Positions 56,591-64,000 of a DNA stretch of 64,000 bases are shown piece after piece. Position 1 is the first letter of the stretch. Every line of letters starts with the position of its first letter. The notes under the pieces were generated by a model that saw only the letters and a list, made by a program, of their open reading frames with translations, had not been told where the DNA came from and did not search any database. Both the position numbers and the translations under genes were made by a program. This stretch comes from Macrostomum lignano (taxonomy: Eukaryota), in contig NIVC01000322.1 of assembly GCA_002269645.1 (NCBI GenBank), positions 1 to 64,000 of the forward strand, given 5' to 3'.

Positions 56591-57369
56591 CCCATTTTCT
56601 GCACTTTCTCGTCTTTAATATATCGTGTATTTCATTTATTTTCATAATACTAATTTTAAAAATCTCTCAAAGATTTAACAATTTATTGATGAAGCTTGTT
56701 AAATTTTTAAGCAATTAGCAGAACAGATGATTAGCAGCAATCTTGGCACTGCTTTTTTGTACAAAACTTTTTATTGTCTTACTTTTGAAAAATAAAGTCA
56801 ATCAAATGTTTTTTCATGTTTCAGAATCAACGTTTTATTTGAAATGTTTATCGTTATAAATTAAGTTAATTTTTTATTTAACGAGTGCACTTCTCTGCAG
56901 CAGCTAATAGATTTAAGAAGTTGTAAATATTTATTTGTTTAAAATTTGTCTGTGTTAAACACGTTTTATCGTTTGTTTGTCTTCTGCTGTATTATGAGTC
57001 CTATCGCTTTCTTTGCATAAATTCAGCTGGTTTGTCGCATTGTTTTACAAACTTGAAAACACGGGAGCACACATTTTTTTTAAAATGAATAAAAATATAT
57101 AAAAATATGTATATATGACTTTTGATTTTTGTTTTGTACTGAATTTTAGCAGAGAAGAAAGATTCAATCATTTGTTTGTAAATTTGTTATTTGTTAATTT
57201 TTTAATTTTTTGGATTCGCTTACAGTCTACTTTTAGTAGCCACTAGAAAAATGGAGGTGTTTTTAATAGAATGCTCGTATTTGTGATTCTAGAATTTTTT
57301 CTAAAAAACTGGCTGATTATTTAGATAGTGGGAGATTAGGTATTGGGAGTTTAAGGAGTGTGGATTAGA

Positions 57370-57890
57370 GGAGGCATTAAGGAGAGGGCATTAGAGGAGG
57401 GCATTAAAAGAGGCCATTAGGGAGAGGGCATTAGGGAGAGGCAATTAGGGAGACGCTATTAGAGAGAGGGAATTAGGGAGAGGCCATTAGGGAGAGGGAA
57501 TTAGGGAGAGGCCATTAGGGAGAGGCCATTAGGGAGAGGGAATTAGGGAGAGGCCATTAGGGAGACGCTATTAGATAGAGGGAATTAGGGAGAGGCCATT
57601 AGGGAGAGGGAATTAGGGAGAGGCCATTAGGGAGAGGGAATTAGGGAGAGGCCATTAGGGAGAGGGAATTAGGGAGAGGCCATTAGGGAGAGGGAATTAG
57701 GGAGAGGGAATTAGGGAGAGGGAATTAGGGAGAGGCCATTAGGGAGAGGCCATTAGGGAGAGGCCATTAGGGAGAGGCCATTAGGGAGAGGCCATTAGGG
57801 AGAGGCCATTAGGGAGAGGCCATTAGGGAGGGGGCATTAGAAGAGGGCATTAGGAGAGGGAATTAGGGAGAGGCCATTAGGAAGAGAGAG
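57370..57890. repeat. 14-15-bp minisatellite containing TTAGGG
   Basis: (ATTAGGGAGAGGCC / ATTAGGGAGAGGGA)n. Confidence 0.93.
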
Positions 57891-58574
57891 CATTTCGGAG
57901 AGGGCAATCATGAAGATTAATCATATACATGTAGCTCTTAAGGGTTAAGTAATTTCTTCTCAAGTGAGAGGTAATTGCATTTTGATGCAGGTCGCAGCTT
58001 CAATGCAACTCCTAAAGCTCAAAAATGTTTATATAGACTGCTAAAGTATAGACCAGAACTCTCTCTGATGATGAAGAACAGACACTAGACCCGCCCTTAC
58101 AGAGCTACAAAAAAGAATTATATATAAATGCCGCTGTTATACAATAAGCCAAGACAGACTTAAGTAAAAGTGGAATCATTTCAACCGAGATGAATTTTTT
58201 TGAAGAGAAAACATGAATAAAAGTTCCTTTGTCTACAATGGAAATAGACATAGAAATTGAGTTAGACCGAGTGTGCTCAAAGTGCGGGGCTTGTTAAATG
58301 TGACGATTGTTCAGGTTTTTTTAGTCTGTTGTCTGCTGCGGCCTGTTAATTGCAGACCTGAGGTGGGGACTGACCCAGGGGCAGAGGGGTCAGGCGTGAA
58401 TCTAGCTTCTCTTACCTCAGCAGATAAGAACAGACCCTGCTCTGACACGGGGGTAGCCAAATGAAGAATAAGGGGCAACACTGTACAGTATATTTAATCG
58501 CTCATTTAAACTGCTTTGGCTATTTCGAATGCTTTAGTCTATAGAGAGCTGTCTCAGCGTAGATACACCTGGGC

Positions 58575-61500
58575 ATGGACGAACCGCCTTCAGACGAGGG
58601 TCGACAGAGGCTTGAGAAATGTTTGACCATTCTGTCAAAGAATGTACCAGTGACAGATCAGCTGCTTGAGCAGTTGGAGGAATCTCAGTTGATATCGCAG
58701 CAGAATGGAGTGAAATCGGTGAGTTGCGGGTTTTATCTATACCAGTGTTAGGCTTAGCAATCTCTGTGCGTTTGCAGTCTCCGGCCGGAGATCGCAAGAC
58801 AAATGTGACTCTGCTTTGCAATCTCCGTGCGTTTGCAGTCTCCGGCCGGAGATCGCAAGACAAATGTGACTCTGCTTTGCGATCTCCGTGCGTTTGCAGT
58901 CTCCGGCCGGAGATCGCAAGACAAATGTGACTCTGCTTTGCAATCTCGAGTCCCGGACAACGCAAAGCGTAACAAAGGAATTTGAGATCTCTGGGGGTAA
59001 AAATGTACATGAGCGATGTTACAGCCTCGGGGCTAAAACTCTGCCAAATAATTATTGGTTGCATGTGCAGGAACTCATACAGCCTTTATATGCAAACAGC
59101 TAATATACTCAGCAACAATCAAAAGTTCCACCCCACTAAGCGAGATATTGCGAGTGACGCAACTTACGGCACGCGCAAAGCTTATTGCCACTTGGGGGTG
59201 GCTTGGGTCTGCTTAATGGTCCAGGAGGACAACGCGCCGCCACACCAAAGCCGATGCTGTCAGTCAACTAAAGGAACAGCTACAGCTGCGCACTCTGCGC
59301 TGGCCTTCCCGGTCCCCAGACATGAATCCCATCGAGCATGTCTGGGGACTTCCTAAAACGCAACATTCGAAAATAGAATCCACCATGTATTTTGCGGAGA
59401 GCTCTGCGTCATGCTATTGAAACGTGAACATGCTTCGGAGCAGCTTCCCCAGGACTTTCTGCGCCGCCTCATCCTTGGGATGCCAGTCAGATTCTAACTG
59501 AATATTGCATAAAAAATTTATGATTTTGTGCCACTGAAGTTTACTACGAGTATTGATATTCAATCAACTTTCCCTTCATCGCGGCGGCTTTATAGTTGCG
59601 TAACTTGAGGGTTGAATTGTGAGTGTGAAGTTTTCGCAATTTGGAGGGTGGAACTTTTGACTGTTGCTGAGTATATATCTGTACCTAGCAGAGGTGAGCT
59701 CTAGATGCTCAGTGTATTTTAATAGCTATTTAATTAAGAATTTAGAAGGCTGCAAGTGTGACTGAGGTACTTGCAGTTTCAAATGGAGACAGACATGGAA
59801 AAGGCGAGTCTAAACCAAGTGTTCTTTTGCGAGCTCGTATTGAAGGAGTACGTCGAAATTCCTGGAGACTTGCCGGCCAAAGTTAGGGACAATTTGAAGC
59901 GCAAAATTTGAGAGAAAAGTAAAGTCTTTTGTGACGAATAAAGGCAGGAAGACGTACGGTTTGTGTAGCGGTTAAATTTGACAATCTAGAGCCAGCAGCC
60001 GACTTCCCTTAGCGTAAATTGCAGATTTGGTATGTTGAATTGAAGGTTAGGTTTGGATTGGTAGCTGCCTAATTTTAGTGCGACTAAAGCAATTGAATGC
60101 CACGGCTAAGGGCCCGCGAGAAGCGGAGCGAAAACCCAGGAGTGAAGAGAGAGACTGCAAGCGTATATTTAATTGGTAGGTAAACAGATAACAAACAACA
60201 ACACCCCTAATCCAAAACCCAGACAAACCCCCCACGCGGCGCGCAATGTATATGTACAAATTAATCGATAAATTATATCGTGCAAGAATAACATACGCCA
60301 GTACATGTACATAGGTAGAACTATTTTACGAGAAAGAATAACGATATGAATGAAATACAAATAGTTAGAATAAATACATACGAGGCTACAAAAACAAAGC
60401 AATTAACTGTAACATTAGCGCAATAAAAATGCGTATAGAATATTGTTAAAATAAATTAAAGAATACAAGTGGTACGGTATGCATGCGAGATAAGGAAATA
60501 CGATCAGATGATTCTACGAATTACACTGTCACAAGTGAGAAACCGCAAGAAAAGGCGCCCAGAACAGCAGCGCTTTACGGAGGATGAAGTCAGGGAAAAG
60601 ATCAAAACACTGCACGTCGTGTTAAATGGGAATGAAGAGCACCACTGGCCTCTTTACCGCGCGATTTTACAATGAAAAGTAACGGGAGGTTTTTGGGTGG
60701 GGAGATTCTTCATGGGGGATCGATTTTTATACATGTACCTAAACTTCGATAGAGGCATGGGGGTCTATTGAAAATTAGGTATATAAAAGTTTTTGGGGGT
60801 CGAAAGGGGATCAAGTGACCAACAAAGAACAATGACCATATAACCAGGGCCTTTCATTCACCAAATTATATAGTATTAGGAAACGTTTGAAATTTTTCCT
60901 AACAGTAGTTTTACACCCTTGAAACACTTTCACTTAGACTTTTTGTTCCAAAATATCATTTTAGTACATTATTGTTCTTTGACCCGGACATCACAATCTG
61001 GATAGCTCGTATCTCAAAGCAAACCTTAGTTTTTTCGGCAGGATGTTTCAACCTAGCTTGTGACTTCCGGGGGGAGACCCCCGGAACCCCGGAGACCCCG
61101 GAGAACGTAAAGCAGCTAACACAATACTATCCGAAAGTACAACACCGGGTAATTAAACACCTAGTAGGACCTCTGTGACTTTATAGTGAGCCATGCTTTA
61201 AAGGCAAGCATGAGGCGAAATTAGCACTATTCTTTTGATTTTGTGGGATTTCAGATCATGTACTGATGCGACAACATATATATATACAGCACAGAGACAG
61301 ACAGGGAGAGAGATGGAGAGAAATTGATTTAGGACTTGGAATGGAATAGCGAGTGATCCCTTAATCCCTAAGTCTTCTGTAAGTTTGTCAGATAGTGCAT
61401 AGATACATGTACATGCGCGTTGCTGCCAATAGAGAGGGGGCGGTTATTATTGCTTTTATTTCTTCAATGTTCGGAGGGGAACGCTGGAGGGGAAATGGAA

Positions 61501-64000
61501 ATGGGAGCCACAGACTGACATGTAAAAATACTGCAAAATAGAATACAGCACACGATTAATTTTATGCAGATATTTTGGCACAATCACAAGGACATACATA
61601 TGCATGTACAGACGCAGATATACAGACAGATAGGCATATCAATTAAACCGATACAAACCTGCAGACACAGACATACAGAAATATTGGCACAGACATACCG
61701 ATACACATACAGATAAACACTAACACTAACATGCAGACAAGAAGACAGACAGGCAGACACACACACAGACACTGACAACAGACACACAGACAAACAGACA
61801 CACAGACAAACAGACACACAGACAGAAAGACAGACAGACAGACAGACATGCAGAGGCATGCAGGCAGACAGATACACTGATACAGACTTGCAGACACACA
61901 GACATGCAAACACAGAAACACACTATATTTGCCAGCAGCCTACCAAACCCAACCAATCAAGTCCATTCAAGCTGATCAAACGTCGCTCTGCAATTCCTTC
62001 AGAGAGTCGCAGCAGCCCCTCTAACCCGTCGGCAATCCGATCCGAATCTGTTTGTCTCCATGGCAACGTTGGAACCGGATCGACTTCACCAGCTGGCCCA
62101 CTGCCTGAGAATTGCCGGCCACCCCCTGATGGCGGAGCTGCTGCTGCAGACAGGTTATTGCGGACACTTCAATCTGCTTTTGGTCCCTGTGCCTGCGCAT
62201 GCAGTGCTTGGGCACGGGAGCTTTTATCAAGAACTTGAGCAGCTTTTGTTCTATATAGAAAAATAGTGTTTGCTCAGTGTCAGGGACTTCCCCCACGAGA
62301 CACCTGGACTGGAGCGGAGGTTAAAGCCCTTTGAAGCCTTCGTCTCTTGTCTTGTGAATTTCTGGTCTTGTGAATTTCTGGTCTTGTGAATCTCTGGTCT
62401 TGTGAATCTCTGTTCAACTGTGAATTTCTGTTCAATTGTGAATTTCTGGTCTTGTAAATCTCGGTTCTTATGAATTTCTGATCATGTGAATCTTCGTTTA
62501 TGTGAATCACTGTTCTTGTGAATCTCTGTTCTTGAGGAAATTTGGTCTTGTGAAAGATGGCTCTAGAACTCTCCATTCCCCTATTATGCCACTGAGGTAT
62601 AGATTTGATCTCCAGTCCGGATGGCTAATCCAGCGGTCCATGAAAGCAGCAGCAATAGTAGTGAAGAAACGCGGAAGCAGAGCAGAAGAGAAGTTCTCAT
62701 ATTTCTTTCTCTCCTCTCCTTTTTGTGTTTTTCTTTCTCAACCAGGAATTACTTTTAAAGAAGCCTTTAACGGCGCCACCCCCTGGGCACCCGCAGTGAC
62801 GTCCTGGGACTCCAAGGACCCCGGCGCAGCCGAGCACACGAACTCGCTGCTGTTCGGTACATCCAACCGCCTGCCTCAGTCTGTCGCCGATAGTCTCGTC
62901 GACTCGCCCGAAGCTCAGTCGGATCTCGCCGAGTTCCTGTCCGAGAGGCGGCTGCTGACCTGGTGCCGGGAGATCCTGTTTGACCCAGCTGGTGCTGACG
63001 TCATGAGCCTGCGGCGTCAGCACGCTGAGGAGTCCTGGCGAGCTGCTAGAGATGTGCGAGAGAAGACCGCTGCTATGGCTGAGCTGCAAGCTGAGGTGAG
63101 TTCGATTCACATGTACAGTCACTGATCACTGCTGCTGCATGTACAGTCACTGATCATTGATCACTGCTGCTGCATGTACAGTCACTGATCATAGATCACT
63201 GCTGCTGCATGTACAGTCACTGATCACTGATCACTGCTGCATGTACAGTCACTGATCACTGATCACTGCTGCATGTACAGTCACTGATCACTGCTGCTGC
63301 ATGTACAGTCACTGATCACTGCTGCATGTACAGTCACTGATCACTGCTGCATGTACAGTCACTGATCACTGCTGCTGCATGTACAGTCACTGATCACTGC
63401 TGCTGCATGTACAGTCACTGATCACTGCTGCTGCATGTACAGTCACTGATCACCGCTGCTGCATGTACAGTCACTGATCACTGCTGCATGTACAGTCACT
63501 GATCACTGCTGCATGTACAGTCACTGCTCTCAGAGACACCAAACTACACCCAACTCTGAACTGATGCAGCTAACCCAGGCTCAAGCTGCCGTTACCGAGC
63601 GAGACCAGACCATCGCCCAGCTGGAGTCGCGCCTCTCAACACTGGCCGCAGCGGCAGGAGCCGCGGATGATGTCAGCGAGCTCCGCAGTCAGCTAGAAGT
63701 GTCGCGGCGTCACCAGGCAGCCAGCGAGAGCCAGGCCCAGCGAGCGACGGCCCGTCTGGAAGCCTACAGCGCCGCCTTTGATTTCGTGCTAGCGGAATCT
63801 CGACAGTTCGAAGCCGAAGCCGCCGACCAGGTGCCGTCGATTTCAACCGATGGCGAAGCTACAGAAGGCGGCTTCGTTGAGAACCTTCGTCAGGAGCTGG
63901 ACGACAGTCATCGATTAGCGTCGTTTCAATCGGAGTTCGCTGGACGATTCCTGGCGACCTGTCGCGCTCTGCTTGAGGAGCGGCGCCAGGTGGTGCAGCT
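58575..64000 (+). CDS. Probable CARD (death-fold) + long coiled-coil protein, 3'-truncated by the window edge
   Basis: Exons 58575-58718 (TCG|GTGAGT, phase 0), 62003-62153 (TTCAG| .. ACAG|GTTATT, phase 1), 62746-63095 (CCAG| .. GAG|GTGAGT, phase 0) and ~63534-64000. Spliced N-terminus RQRLEKCLTILSKNV..LLEQLEESQLIS..TRRQ..LFVSM..L..CLRIAGHPLMAELL has CARD-like spacing. Downstream exons are heptad-rich. Confidence 0.55.
58757..58946. repeat. 61-bp tandem repeat x3 with a 14-bp perfect palindrome
   Basis: TCTCCGGCCGGAGA starts at 58778, 58839 and 58900. Confidence 0.9.
59215..59536 (+). mobile_element. Tc1/mariner transposase C-terminal remnant (frameshifted)
   Basis: QEDNAPPH, then in a shifted frame WPSRSPDMNPIEHVW, then DFLKRNIR; possible right end TTTTGTGCCACTG at 59524-59536. 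Confidence 0.85.
61590..61915. repeat. CA/GACA-rich low-complexity tract
   Basis: Interspersed ACAGAC/ACAC units. Confidence 0.8.
62345..62555. repeat. About 18-bp intronic repeat
   Basis: TCTTGTGAATTTCTGG variants. Confidence 0.85.
63112..63526. repeat. 25-28-bp repeat filling an intron
   Basis: CAGTCACTGATCACTGCTGCTGCATGTA. Confidence 0.93.

Noticed and set aside
59760-59930. Possible extra exon (FQMETDMEKASLNQVFFCELVLKEY...) in the CARD-like gene intron
   Set aside because: It ends in an in-frame stop with no good donor, and exons 1 and 2 join in frame without it.

Overview
Eukaryotic (animal) genomic DNA. GC-rich exons, GT-AG introns and about 30 different minisatellite arrays (roughly 25 kb, about 40% of the window by my hand tally) are most consistent with a free-living flatworm such as Macrostomum; this is an inference. 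Reconstructed spliced genes: a tropomyosin-like gene (-), a CXorf58 homolog (-), a Tctex1-domain dynein light chain (+), calcyphosin-2/CAPS2 (-), Tubby/TULP (+), a probable CARD + coiled-coil gene running off the right edge (+) and an unknown 2-exon gene (+). Mobile DNA: a decayed Ty3/Gypsy element with short LTRs, a PIF/Harbinger-type MITE, a hAT-like MITE filled with a 21-bp minisatellite, a Tc1 transposase remnant and tRNA-SINE fragments. The most interesting signal is a pair of paralogous genes (528-3597 minus; 23670-27581 plus) that the ORF track shows only as fragments. When spliced, each encodes 8 ankyrin repeats fused to a cGAS-like/Mab-21 nucleotidyltransferase (cGLR) with an intact acidic triad, and the two share three intron positions and phases. 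A conserved phase-0 donor joins copy 2 in frame to an exon encoding 2-3 transmembrane helices (predicted ANK-cGLR-TM, about 1075 aa), while copy 1 ends in a short soluble tail. Both copies carry single-base frameshifts (assembly error or pseudogenisation). No CRISPR, rRNA or intact tRNA genes were seen.
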